Source: a virus (taxonomy: Duplodnaviria; Caudoviricetes). Taken from it: a DNA stretch of 40,917 nucleotides. The stretch spans positions 1 through 40,917 of IMG/VR virus record IMGVR_UViG_3300020043_002142; one strand, 5' to 3'. Shown piece after piece: positions 1-9,566 of the stretch. A program made the position numbers and the translations under genes. A model generated the notes under the pieces. The model saw nothing but the letters and a program-made list of their open reading frames with translations, was not told where the DNA came from and did no database searches. Within the stretch, counting starts at the first letter, position 1. Each line of letters starts with the position of its first letter.

Positions 1-29
1 GTTACTGGAATTTGTTTTGAGTTGTACCT

Positions 30-530
30 ATGATTCCAATAGACCCGATAACAGCGTTAGAAGGACTACAGACTGCAATCAGCGTAGTCAAAAAGGCAAG
101 CAAGGTCGCAAGTGATCTGGCTGGATTGGCTCCATCCATTGCGCGGCTTTTTGATGCCAAGAGCACCGCTACCAAGGCGATGCTTCAGGCAAAGCGTACA
201 GGGGGTAAATCCAACCTAGGTGCGGCGTTACAGATTGAGATGGCTTTGGATGAGGCCAAGCGGTTTGAAGAACAGTTAAAGATGCTGTTCATGCAGGCGG
301 GACGCATAGACGTATGGAATGCGACCAAGGCTCGGCAAGCTGAGATGGATAGAGATGATGCCAGAGAGATGGCGGAGCTAAAGGCTGAAGAGAAGCGCCG
401 CAAAGAAGAAGAGCAAGAGCAGATGGCGTGGGCGATTGGGGTTGTTGTGATTGTGATGCTCCTAGGCGCAGTTGGGTGGGGCATTGCTGAGATACAAGAT
501 TACTGTGCCAAGACAAGGTGTGGTCGGTGA
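30..530 (+). CDS. Hypothetical membrane-anchored coiled-coil protein at the head of the lysis cassette
   Basis: 166-aa ORF with a charged helical stretch followed by a C-terminal hydrophobic segment (AWAIGVVVIVMLLGAVGWGI). Confidence 0.6.
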   Translation: MIPIDPITALEGLQTAISVVKKASKVASDLAGLAPSIARLFDAKSTATKAMLQAKRTGGKSNLGAALQIEMALDEAKRFEEQLKMLFMQAGRIDVWNATKARQAEMDRDDAREMAELKAEEKRRKEEEQEQMAWAIGVVVIVMLLGAVGWGIAEIQDYCAKTRCGR

Positions 531-676
531 ATGAGTACCAGAAACAGTTTGACCTCTTCCTTAAAGTCTTTGTCAGGCTGTGTATTGCGTGGTGGGTGCT
601 TGGGTTTCTTAAATTCCTGCCAGACGATCTGTCTGACAAGATTGTGAACAAAATACTTGGGATGTTTGGACTATGA
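527..676 (+). CDS. Small membrane protein, 49 aa (not in ORF track)
   Basis: GTG start overlaps the upstream stop (GTGA) and the stop overlaps the next ATG (ATGA). Reads MNEYQKQFDLFLKVFVRLCIAWWVLGFLKFLPDDLSDKIVNKILGMFGL with one hydrophobic helix. Confidence 0.6.
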   Translation: MNEYQKQFDLFLKVFVRLCIAWWVLGFLKFLPDDLSDKIVNKILGMFGL

Positions 677-1284
677 GTGAAGAAAAGCCAGCAGATGTAC
701 TAAGCAAGGTGCTGTCCTATGTGGATAGTCCATTCAAGCTGTTTGCGCTGATACTCATGGCGGTGTTTGCATTTTGTGGGTACTTTGTTTGGCAGAACCA
801 AGAACTGCTAGTGGGCGCGTACAAAGAGTCCAAGAAGATGCCAAGCATTGTTGAGGACAGAGTGGAAGATGCTGCCGCCCACTTGCTTAAAACCACCAAC
901 GCCACCGTTGTTGCCGTATTCAAAGTAAATCCAATGTTTGGAACCAGAGTGCTGTACCGCGCTTACACTAAAGAAGGTCGAGACAAAACCAACGATGGAC
1001 TTGATGTTGGGTTGTTTACTCAAAACTCAGCCAATAATGCTGATGTGGTAAAGCTGATGGCAAGTGAGATTCCTTGCGGTGAATACCGATCAGCGCAATC
1101 AGAGATGGGTTTATGGTATATCGCCAAGGGAGTTACCTACACTTGCCGAATCAGCATTCCACCTGACCCAAGTCGGTTTGTTGGTCAAATTACTGTAGGC
1201 TGGGATAATGAACCCATCGATATTCAGGTGACAAGAACCATGATGGAAATTGCAGCAACCATGCTTTCAAGGAGCAAACAATGA
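673..1284 (+). CDS. T4 gpT-like holin (single N-terminal TM helix plus periplasmic GAF-like domain)
   Basis: TM helix followed by VWQNQELLVGAYKESK, and a C-terminus YTCRISIPPDPSRFVGQITVGW...EIAATMLSRSK, resemble T4 T as I recall it; sits beside lysis genes. Confidence 0.65.
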   Translation: MSEEKPADVLSKVLSYVDSPFKLFALILMAVFAFCGYFVWQNQELLVGAYKESKKMPSIVEDRVEDAAAHLLKTTNATVVAVFKVNPMFGTRVLYRAYTKEGRDKTNDGLDVGLFTQNSANNADVVKLMASEIPCGEYRSAQSEMGLWYIAKGVTYTCRISIPPDPSRFVGQITVGWDNEPIDIQVTRTMMEIAATMLSRSKQ

Positions 1285-1448
1285 TCGCACTCGACGCACT
1301 AAAAATGGCGCTTAACGCGCTAGAAAGTATTTTTGCATCAACTCACCCTTATCGGGAAGACGGGACAAGCACTCTAAGCGAAGAATCTGTTGAGTTGAGT
1401 AACAAAGCTATTGCTGCCATTAAAGAGATATTGGAGCAGCGCACATGA
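1281..1448 (+). CDS. Small hypothetical protein, 55 aa (not in ORF track)
   Basis: ATGA overlaps at both ends; MIALDALKMALNALESIFASTHPYREDGTSTLSEESVELSNKAIAAIKEILEQRT. Confidence 0.55.
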   Translation: MIALDALKMALNALESIFASTHPYREDGTSTLSEESVELSNKAIAAIKEILEQRT

Positions 1449-1855
1449 TTGGACTCGACGCACTTCTAAACGTGGGCGGCAAGCTCATTGACAAGCTAAT
1501 TCCAGACCCAGAGGCTAAAGCCAAGGCGCAACTTGACCTTGCAAAAATGGCACAAGATGGCGAATTAGCAAGGATGGCCAACGAAACCGACCTGTACAAA
1601 ACTGAGCAGAACAACCTGACCGACCGCTTGAAATCGGATATGGCCAGCGACTCTTGGCTATCTAAGAACATCCGCCCCATGACGCTGGTTTACATTCTGG
1701 TGGCGTACCTGCTGCTGGCAATCTTAGACGCTTCGGTAATCGACATTGCTGACGCATTTGTTGAACTGCTGGGGCAGTGGGGTATGCTGGTCATGTCCTT
1801 CTACTTTGGTGGCCGCACCCTTGAAAAAATCATGGATATGAAAGGTAGAAAATGA
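1445..1855 (+). CDS. Holin, GTA 3TM-holin-like family
   Basis: KLIDKLIPDPEAKAKA...SDSWLSKNIRP...FYFGGRTLEK signature with hydrophobic helices, directly upstream of the endolysin. Confidence 0.8.
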   Translation: MIGLDALLNVGGKLIDKLIPDPEAKAKAQLDLAKMAQDGELARMANETDLYKTEQNNLTDRLKSDMASDSWLSKNIRPMTLVYILVAYLLLAILDASVIDIADAFVELLGQWGMLVMSFYFGGRTLEKIMDMKGRK

Positions 1856-2289
1856 ACTTGACACCCCACTTCACGCTTGAAGAACTTACCGCCTCAGAAG
1901 CCGCAGAACGCAACGGATGGGACAACGCGCCAAATGAACAGGAATTGGAGAACCTTAAACGCCTCGCCGCCTTCCTTGAGGAAGTTAAAACTGCCTTGGG
2001 CGGAAGACCAGTCATGGTTAACTCTGCTTTTCGCAGCAAGCAAGTCAATGATGCTGTTGGTTCTAAAGATACTAGCCAGCATCGCATTGGTTGTGCTGTG
2101 GACATCCGAGTACCTCAACTGACCCCTGACGAAGTGGTCAAAACCATCATTGCGTCTGGCCTGCCATACGACCAAGTTATCCGAGAGTTTGACCGCTGGA
2201 CTCATGTAAGCATCCCAAACACGCCAGATGCCAAGCCAAGAAAACAGGCACTGATTATCGACAAAACAGGCACACGGCTGTATGCTTGA
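1852..2289 (+). CDS. Endolysin, peptidase M15 (Zn peptidase) family
   Basis: LTPHFTLEEL, NSAFRS...N..VG, SQHRIGCAVD and WTHVS zinc-ligand motifs. Confidence 0.85.
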   Translation: MNLTPHFTLEELTASEAAERNGWDNAPNEQELENLKRLAAFLEEVKTALGGRPVMVNSAFRSKQVNDAVGSKDTSQHRIGCAVDIRVPQLTPDEVVKTIIASGLPYDQVIREFDRWTHVSIPNTPDAKPRKQALIIDKTGTRLYA

Positions 2290-2319
2290 TGCACACCCAA
2301 ATTGATGGGAAAATAAGCC

Positions 2320-4461
2320 ATGCCATTAAAGAAACTTCAGCAGAAAGCTGGCGTAAACAGAGAAAATACGCGCTACACGTCGGAGAACGGTTACTACGTT
2401 TCCGATAAGATCCGCTTTCGCCAAGGCACACCTGAAAAAATCGGTGGTTGGCAGCGTATTTCTTCTGCTATTTTCCAAGGTGTATGCCGCTCTTTGTGGA
2501 ACTGGGTGACTCTGGGCGGGCAGAATCTGCTGGGTATTGGTACTAACCTAAAGTTTTACATTGAGAACGGTGGACTGTATTACGACGTTACCCCGTTGCG
2601 CTCGGCTGTACAAACTCCTGTAACACTAAACAACCCTTTTGACACTACATCTGGGTCAGACGTTATTAACGTCAATGACACTGCCCACGGTTTACTTACC
2701 GGTGATATTGCTACCTTTTCTGGGGCCGTTGCGGTCGGTGGAATTCCAGCAGAAGTACTTAACACTAACCACACCATAACGTATGTTGGAGCTGACGACT
2801 ACACAATTACCGTATCTACTACGGCATCATCCACTGTGACTGGCGGGGGCGGTGCATCTGTTTCAGCAACATACACAAAGCTTAGCGTTGCACTGACAAA
2901 CCCATTTGCTACGGTCAACGGCTCAACAACTGTCACTGTAACTGACGCAGCTGGTGGCTATACCAATGGTGACTTTGTTACCTTCAGCGGTGCTACAGCT
3001 GTTGGTGGCCTTACTTTAAATGGTGAGTATGAGCTAACCGTAACCGGCACATCTACCACTCAATACACAATTACTGCGGCAAGCCCGGCTACTTCCACTG
3101 CTACGGGCGGTGGGTCTGCTGTGGTTGCTGCTTACCAAATTAACATTGGCGCTCCTTATGCGCTTCCTTTGGTTGGCTGGGGTGCTGGCCCGTGGGGTGC
3201 TGGGCCTTGGGGCGTTGGTGTGGAATCATCTGACCAGATGCGTATTTGGTCACAGGCTAACTTTGGTGAAGACTTACTCTTTGCACCTAACGGTGGTGAG
3301 ATTTACGTCTGGAAAGCAAGCTCTTTGCTGACTTCACGGGGTGTGGCTATTAACAACTTGCCGGGAGCTTCTTCCTGCCCAACGGTTCAGAGTTCTATTC
3401 TGGTGTCTGATGCTTCACGCTTTACGTTTGCGTTTGGCTGTAATGACTATGGAAGCACCATTCAAAACCCCATGTTGATTCGCTGGTCTGACCAAGAGGA
3501 TTACTTGGAATGGTTCCCCTCTGCAACCAATCAGGCTGGTAGCTTACAGCTATCCAAAGGCTCAAAGATTGTTACTGCAATTCAGACCCGGCAGGAGATT
3601 GTTGTGTTTACAGACTCAGCTCTGTATTCGTTGCAGTACCAAGGGCCGCCAGCGGTGTGGGGTTCCCAGTTGTTGGGAGACAACATCTCTATTGCCGGGC
3701 CAAACGCAGCTGCAACCGCCACTGGTGTGGTGTACTGGATGGGCATTGATAAGTTCTACAAATACGACGGTCGGGTGCAGACTCTTAGATGTGATCTGCG
3801 TCAGTATGTTTTCCAAGACATTAACTTGGAGCAACAGGATCAATTCTTTGCCTCTACCAATGAAGGCTTTAACGAGATCTGGTGGTTCTACTGTTCCGCT
3901 GGGTCGTTCACTATTGATAAGTACGTAACATACAACTACTTAGAAGATGTCTGGGCTTACGGCTCAATGGCCCGAACAGCATGGATTGACTCTGCCCTGC
4001 GTAAATACCCAATGGCGGCAACGTATACGTACAACATTGTCTACCACGAACAAGGTAATGATGACAACGAAACCGGTACAACTTTGCCAATTACTGCCGT
4101 TATTGAGACTACCGAGTTTGACATTGATGACGGCGATCACTTTGGGTTTGTCTGGCGTATCCTGCCCGACATTACTTTCCGTGGGTCTGATACATCATCT
4201 CCGCAAGTCACCATGACTTTAATCCCCTTGCAAAACTCTGGATCGGGAGCCAACAGCCCAATCTCTTTGGGTGGCAACTCGGATGCTACGGTAGTACGTA
4301 CAGCCACTGTGCCGATTGAAGAGTTTACGGGTCAGGTTTACGTCAGGGTTCGTGGCCGTCAAATGATTATGAAGGTGGAATCTACCCAGCTTGGGTGCGC
4401 ATGGCAGCTTGGCTCACCCCGTATTGACATCCGTCAAGATGGCCGCAGAGGTAATTCATGA
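2320..4461 (+). CDS. Virion tail/head-closure (P22 gp10-like stabilisation) protein with two inserted beta-rich repeats
   Basis: 713 aa; propeller-like motifs (IRWSDQED, VYWMG, EIWWFY); two copies of LxNPF-T...GD..TFSGA.AVGG...YTIT. Confidence 0.55.
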   Translation: MPLKKLQQKAGVNRENTRYTSENGYYVSDKIRFRQGTPEKIGGWQRISSAIFQGVCRSLWNWVTLGGQNLLGIGTNLKFYIENGGLYYDVTPLRSAVQTPVTLNNPFDTTSGSDVINVNDTAHGLLTGDIATFSGAVAVGGIPAEVLNTNHTITYVGADDYTITVSTTASSTVTGGGGASVSATYTKLSVALTNPFATVNGSTTVTVTDAAGGYTNGDFVTFSGATAVGGLTLNGEYELTVTGTSTTQYTITAASPATSTATGGGSAVVAAYQINIGAPYALPLVGWGAGPWGAGPWGVGVESSDQMRIWSQANFGEDLLFAPNGGEIYVWKASSLLTSRGVAINNLPGASSCPTVQSSILVSDASRFTFAFGCNDYGSTIQNPMLIRWSDQEDYLEWFPSATNQAGSLQLSKGSKIVTAIQTRQEIVVFTDSALYSLQYQGPPAVWGSQLLGDNISIAGPNAAATATGVVYWMGIDKFYKYDGRVQTLRCDLRQYVFQDINLEQQDQFFASTNEGFNEIWWFYCSAGSFTIDKYVTYNYLEDVWAYGSMARTAWIDSALRKYPMAATYTYNIVYHEQGNDDNETGTTLPITAVIETTEFDIDDGDHFGFVWRILPDITFRGSDTSSPQVTMTLIPLQNSGSGANSPISLGGNSDATVVRTATVPIEEFTGQVYVRVRGRQMIMKVESTQLGCAWQLGSPRIDIRQDGRRGNS

Positions 4462-5117
4462 GTCTGATCGTCACAACGGAATACGACTTTCAGCGGGTTG
4501 AGCCGCCTGCTCTGCCGTTGGCAACAGAGCAATACAACAAAGCGTACCAAGATCAGCTAAACAATGTGCTTAGGCTGTATTTCAACCGCCTGCAAAACAT
4601 TCTTAACCAGATGAATACTGGCTCAGGCTCAATTGATGGGTCTGGCTTGCGTCTGCCTTACGGGGCTTTTTCTAGCGATCAGGATCAAACAGCCACGGCC
4701 AATACAGCCACGTTGATGACGTTCAACACCACAGATTTTTCTAATGGTGTAACCATAGATACCTCTAAAATCACGGTAGCAACTGCTGGTATTTATAACC
4801 TACAGTTTAGTGCTCAGTTTCAAAACACTGATACGGCCTTCCAAGATGTTTACATTTGGCTAAAACAAAACGGCGCTGATATTACAGGATCAACTGGTTT
4901 TATATCTGTTCCAAATAGACACGCAGGCACGGACGGGCATTCAATTATTGGCTGGAATTACTTTTTGTCTATGAGTGCCAATGATTACATTGAAATATAT
5001 TGGTCTGTACCTAATGTCGCTGTGAGTATTCAGCACCTTGCGGCTTCTGGCACGCCTACAAAACCGTCTACTCAATCTGTTGTGGCCACAATGTCATTTG
5101 TGTCGGCTCTGCCTTAA
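4458..5117 (+). CDS. Virion structural protein with C-terminal C1q/TNF-like beta-sandwich
   Basis: N-terminal helix LRLYFNRL; C-terminal KITVATAGIYNLQFSAQF...ANDYIEIYW. Confidence 0.5.
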   Translation: MSLIVTTEYDFQRVEPPALPLATEQYNKAYQDQLNNVLRLYFNRLQNILNQMNTGSGSIDGSGLRLPYGAFSSDQDQTATANTATLMTFNTTDFSNGVTIDTSKITVATAGIYNLQFSAQFQNTDTAFQDVYIWLKQNGADITGSTGFISVPNRHAGTDGHSIIGWNYFLSMSANDYIEIYWSVPNVAVSIQHLAASGTPTKPSTQSVVATMSFVSALP

Positions 5118-5125
5118 GGAAAAAT

Positions 5126-6919
5126 ATGGCTGAAGATTACAAGCAACTTATAAAGAAACAAATTCTTGGCCAAGGCTTAACCAGTAAATGGTCTGGTGCG
5201 GGTTTTGGTTCTGCTGAGGCAAATGCCGAGGACATGGCTAAGATTCTGTCTAGCATTGGCATTACCGACATCAAGCAGTTTGGTAAGGTTCCAAAGTATG
5301 AGCCTGTTCAAGAGATTGGTAAAACATACAACGGCAATCAAGTTGTTCAACTCTACGATGAAGATGCTGGCACTTCCAGAAACGTCATTAGGCAACCCGA
5401 TGGTGGCGCTGATGAAGAGGGAAACCCAACATATAAGATGGTTGATGTCCCACAAGACGCAAAAATAGATACTCAATATGGTCTTGCTCAGGACAACGGA
5501 GAGGGTGGTTTCAACTACACACCAGTTGATCCATCAAAAGTTAAAACGGTAAATGGGCAAGCGGTAGCCGATACTGGGCAAACAACATTTGGAAATAAAG
5601 TTACTGGTCAAGAAGTCCCGAACACATACACCGAGCGCCAAACGGGGAACTTCTTTGGCGGCACTTATGAGGGAAAAGGAAACACCGGTTACGGCGTGCA
5701 GTTTGATTCCCAAGGTAATCCTATCTTTTACACACAGGGCGCGTCTAGCAGCGACATAGGGAATATTGCGCCACTGCTGTCAATTGCTTCATTTATTCCC
5801 GGCGTAGCTCCATTTGCTCAAGGTTTAAACGCACTGATTGCAGCCAAGCAAGGCAATATATTGGGTGCTGTTGCGGGCGCTGCGGGTCTTGGGGGCATGA
5901 CTGAAGTTGCCAACGCAGCTAAATTCGCAGGTGCTCTAAAGAGTGGCGATCCGTTAGCAATTGCTATGGCTGGCGCTAACGCCGGTGGAATAAGTGATAT
6001 TGGCGGGGTTGACCTTAAAGATATTTCCAAAACAATTGGCGCAGTTAAAGCAATTGAGAGTGGTGATCCACTAGCCATACTGCGCTATGGCATGGACGCT
6101 CTGCCAAAAGGTGACGGCCTTACATCTTCTATTGGCCCCGGCAATATGGATGAGTTTAGGGAAAACTTAATTCCCGGATACTTCCAACCCGGTGGTGAAG
6201 GGTACATGGCTTCTTCTGGTGGTGAATCCCCCATGCCAAGCCCAGACGAAGATTTCCCGTCTACATCCCCATCGGGTGGCGCTGATTTAAGCCCCGGTTA
6301 CTACAACGAAATAACGGGTGAATTTGTTTCAGATCCTTTGGGTGGAATACAAGGCCCACTTGGGCCAGAGACAGGTAACTTTGATCCAAACAAAGAGTGG
6401 GAATACAGCCTGACCAGACCCGGAGTTTGGACAAGCAAGGATGGCGAAGAGATTGATGTGAGCTATATGCCAGATCGAGACACAGCCATAAGCGGTGGGG
6501 AGTTGATGAAAAGAGCTGGGGCTATGCCCGGCGGGGCTAAGAAAGCAGCTCCAGCAAAACCCGCAGCTAGACCAACTACGCCCGGCGCAAGGCCCACTAC
6601 ACCCGGCACAAACCCTGCGGTAGATGCAATAACCAACTTAGCTAATCAACAGCAACAGCAACAAAACGCCTTGTTGAACATGATGATGAGTGACAAGACT
6701 GAGGGTGCTAAGATAAAATCTTACAAAGAGCTGTTTGGGGAAGATTTGTTTGGCAGTAGTTACATTCCGCCTTCTGCGCTTGGGGCAAGTGACGGTTTCT
6801 CAGGGATGCCGATGCAGGGAATGCAGCAAGAGCAGAATACTGAAAATGACGGGTTTTCTAATGGTGGTCGCGTAAACAGTATTGACGTTGACACCTTGTT
6901 ACAAATTTTGAGGAGTTAA
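5126..6919 (+). CDS. Putative internal virion/ejection protein
   Basis: 597 aa; G/A-rich amphipathic segment, low-complexity tail, C-terminal FSNGG motif; position among structural genes. Confidence 0.5.
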   Translation: MAEDYKQLIKKQILGQGLTSKWSGAGFGSAEANAEDMAKILSSIGITDIKQFGKVPKYEPVQEIGKTYNGNQVVQLYDEDAGTSRNVIRQPDGGADEEGNPTYKMVDVPQDAKIDTQYGLAQDNGEGGFNYTPVDPSKVKTVNGQAVADTGQTTFGNKVTGQEVPNTYTERQTGNFFGGTYEGKGNTGYGVQFDSQGNPIFYTQGASSSDIGNIAPLLSIASFIPGVAPFAQGLNALIAAKQGNILGAVAGAAGLGGMTEVANAAKFAGALKSGDPLAIAMAGANAGGISDIGGVDLKDISKTIGAVKAIESGDPLAILRYGMDALPKGDGLTSSIGPGNMDEFRENLIPGYFQPGGEGYMASSGGESPMPSPDEDFPSTSPSGGADLSPGYYNEITGEFVSDPLGGIQGPLGPETGNFDPNKEWEYSLTRPGVWTSKDGEEIDVSYMPDRDTAISGGELMKRAGAMPGGAKKAAPAKPAARPTTPGARPTTPGTNPAVDAITNLANQQQQQQNALLNMMMSDKTEGAKIKSYKELFGEDLFGSSYIPPSALGASDGFSGMPMQGMQQEQNTENDGFSNGGRVNSIDVDTLLQILRS

Positions 6920-6920
6920 T

Positions 6921-9536
6921 ATGGGCATTCCAATAGAAAATAAATATGGTAGCGATTACGGACAATATGTTCCTGACGTTATGCCCACGATAGGTGGTGA
7001 GGCTGCGCGATTTTTGCCGATGAGCGAAAGATATGCAATTGGCCCGAATGCAGAGCCTATAGAAGGCAGATTAGGCAGCGATTACGGAAAAAGAGTTCCT
7101 GATAACATGCTGGTGGGGTATGGTGGCACAAAAGAAACTGGGTATACGTCTCCCGGCGGCGATGAACCGTTTGACCTAAACAAGCTTATTGGCATCTCTC
7201 CCGGAAGTACTTCGCAATATCGCAATGCAGATTCGCCCAGCAATCGTGACATTGAAAAAGAATACAATCTTTTAAATCGCTCAAATATTACCAACTCCAT
7301 CAATGATCTTTTTGGAAGCAATCTGTCTGGAGCAGATATAGCAAGCCGTATTGCTGTTCTTGGTGGTGGCTTGGCTGGCGGTCTAGGGATGTTTGCACCC
7401 AACAGACAAAAAGTTGGATACCAAGGTGGTATTCCTAAGTTCACCGCAGAACGCAACATGGTGACTGCTCCTCCCGCTGGTAGCCGTCCCGGTGCTGGGG
7501 GTGTTAACTACGGCGGTGATGTTAATTACGTGCGTCAACCCGGATCTCCTTCTACTTCTTCTGGTGGTGGCGGTGGAGGCGGAGGAGGCGGTGGTTTTAA
7601 TTTAGGAAACGTAGCAAAAATGGCTGGTGGCGCTGGATTGGCCGCATTGCTTGGTAACTATCTTAGTAAACCCGGCGCACTAAGCAATATATCTGGTGGT
7701 TTAAATTCTATTTTTAAAGGTATTGGCTCTGGCTCCGGTTCTCGTTCTATGCCCGGTTCTGGCACACCCACAGGACAACCAGATGAATTTACTGGAATAG
7801 ACGATCAAATCAGGCGCAGGGCAATGGAGCCTCAAGAGCCACCCCTGTTAAACGACACAGAAGTTGATGCTGAGCTTGATCGTCTTCGTGCATTAATACC
7901 AGATTATGAAATGCCGATGTATATAGAAGATACAGAACCTTTCAACAATTACACTTACTCAAGTGGTGAACTTGATTACGCTAAGGGCGGTAGCGTACCC
8001 CGCTATTTACAAGGGGAGACTGATGGTATGGCCGATAAGATTCCAGCACGTATTGGCCAAGATCAACCTGCCGCGCTAAGCCACGGCGAGTTTGTTGTTC
8101 CTGCGGATGTTGTGTCTCATTTAGGCAACGGCAATTCTGATGCCGGAGCTAAGAAACTGTACAGCATGATGGACAAGATCCGTCAAGCCCGCACCGGCAC
8201 AAAGAAGCAAGGCAAGAGAATTAACCCAGACAAGTTTATGCCTGGTGGCTTGGCTCAAGCTTACGCCGAAGGCGGGTCAGTTAAGCGGCTTAACGTTGGC
8301 GGAACAACTATGCCCGCTGGCGTAACAGGATCGGAGCAAACACTTGCAAGCTGGACTGGTGACTACATTCCCAACATGCTTGGTAAAGCTGAGGCTTTGG
8401 CTAGTGCTCCATATCAACAATATGGCGGCCCATTGACCGCTGGCGCTTCCGGTCTGCAACAGCAGGCATTCCAAGCTGCTGGTAATCTGTCTGTGCCTAG
8501 CAGTGTTGGTCAAGCTACACAAACTGCCGGTGATATTGCTGCCAAGGCTCAAGGCATAAGCTACGATCCAACAAAGTTTGATAGCCAGTTCAAAGCACCA
8601 GAACTTTCTGCTGCCACGCAGTTTACAAACCAGTTCAAAGCACCCGACCCGTACCAAAGTACAACGTTTAAATCAGGTACTTTTGGTCAAGAGCAAGCCC
8701 AACAGTACATGAATCCGTACTTGCAAGCTTCTTTGAACCCACAGCTGGAAGAGGCTCGCCGTCAGTCAAACATTAGCGAGCAAGCAAACAAAGCCGCGAT
8801 GACCAAGGCCGGTGCTTTTGGTGGTGGCCGTAGCGCTATTTTGACCGCAGAGAACCAGCGTAACCTTGGCACTAACCTAGCTGGTATTACTGGTAAGGGT
8901 TATGACACTGCGTTCCAGAATGCTATGTCTCAGTTCAATGCTGACCAAGCCCGTAACATGCAGGCACAGCAGGCATCTGAGCAGTCTAAGCAATTCGGTG
9001 CTACTCAGGGTATGACCGCCGCTGACATGATGGCTAAGTACGGTATGTCTGCACAGCAAGCTCAAGAAGCTGCACGTCAGTTCAACCAAGGCCAGTCTAT
9101 GACTGCGGCTCAGCAAGCTGCTCAGTACGGTCAAGCCGCTCAACAAGCATCCGAGCAATCCCGTCAGTTTGGTGCAAACTTGGGTCTACAAGGTCTTCAG
9201 ACCGGTCTGCAGGCTGCACAGACGCAAGGTAACTTGGGTATTTCTGGTGGTCAGTTGGGCTTGGCTCAGTTGCAAGAACAGTCACGTCTTGGCGCTACTC
9301 AGCGTGGTATTGAAGCTGAAGGTATTGCAGCGGACAAGGCTGCGTTTGAAGAAGCTCGTGCCAACCCATACAAGATGCTGCAGTTCCAGCAGTCCATGCT
9401 CCAAGGCTTGCCAATTTCTGCAACTAACTACTCAATGCCGGAGCCAGACGCTCTTACCAATGCGGCTCGTGGTGCGACGACTGTGAATCAGTTACTTAAA
9501 ACTTTGGGTCTTGGAGGGTCCGGATCCCCAAAGTAG
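6921..9536 (+). CDS. Putative DNA ejection/transfer protein (short form)
   Basis: 871 aa, G/Q/A-rich; YMNPY...GAFGGGR motif, QQASEQSxQFGA repeats, YAKGG and YAEGG motifs. Confidence 0.6.
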   Translation: MGIPIENKYGSDYGQYVPDVMPTIGGEAARFLPMSERYAIGPNAEPIEGRLGSDYGKRVPDNMLVGYGGTKETGYTSPGGDEPFDLNKLIGISPGSTSQYRNADSPSNRDIEKEYNLLNRSNITNSINDLFGSNLSGADIASRIAVLGGGLAGGLGMFAPNRQKVGYQGGIPKFTAERNMVTAPPAGSRPGAGGVNYGGDVNYVRQPGSPSTSSGGGGGGGGGGGFNLGNVAKMAGGAGLAALLGNYLSKPGALSNISGGLNSIFKGIGSGSGSRSMPGSGTPTGQPDEFTGIDDQIRRRAMEPQEPPLLNDTEVDAELDRLRALIPDYEMPMYIEDTEPFNNYTYSSGELDYAKGGSVPRYLQGETDGMADKIPARIGQDQPAALSHGEFVVPADVVSHLGNGNSDAGAKKLYSMMDKIRQARTGTKKQGKRINPDKFMPGGLAQAYAEGGSVKRLNVGGTTMPAGVTGSEQTLASWTGDYIPNMLGKAEALASAPYQQYGGPLTAGASGLQQQAFQAAGNLSVPSSVGQATQTAGDIAAKAQGISYDPTKFDSQFKAPELSAATQFTNQFKAPDPYQSTTFKSGTFGQEQAQQYMNPYLQASLNPQLEEARRQSNISEQANKAAMTKAGAFGGGRSAILTAENQRNLGTNLAGITGKGYDTAFQNAMSQFNADQARNMQAQQASEQSKQFGATQGMTAADMMAKYGMSAQQAQEAARQFNQGQSMTAAQQAAQYGQAAQQASEQSRQFGANLGLQGLQTGLQAAQTQGNLGISGGQLGLAQLQEQSRLGATQRGIEAEGIAADKAAFEEARANPYKMLQFQQSMLQGLPISATNYSMPEPDALTNAARGATTVNQLLKTLGLGGSGSPK

Positions 9537-9566
9537 ATTCCGCCGCGTCTTCGGATGGCGGCGGGG
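9527..9566 (+). other. Programmed -1 ribosomal frameshift signal (slippery heptamer plus hairpin)
   Basis: C CCA AAG (9527-9533) lies immediately before TAG; a GC-rich stem with C(UUCG)G tetraloop spans 9540-9564; the -1 frame is open from 9500 to 10186. Confidence 0.75.
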
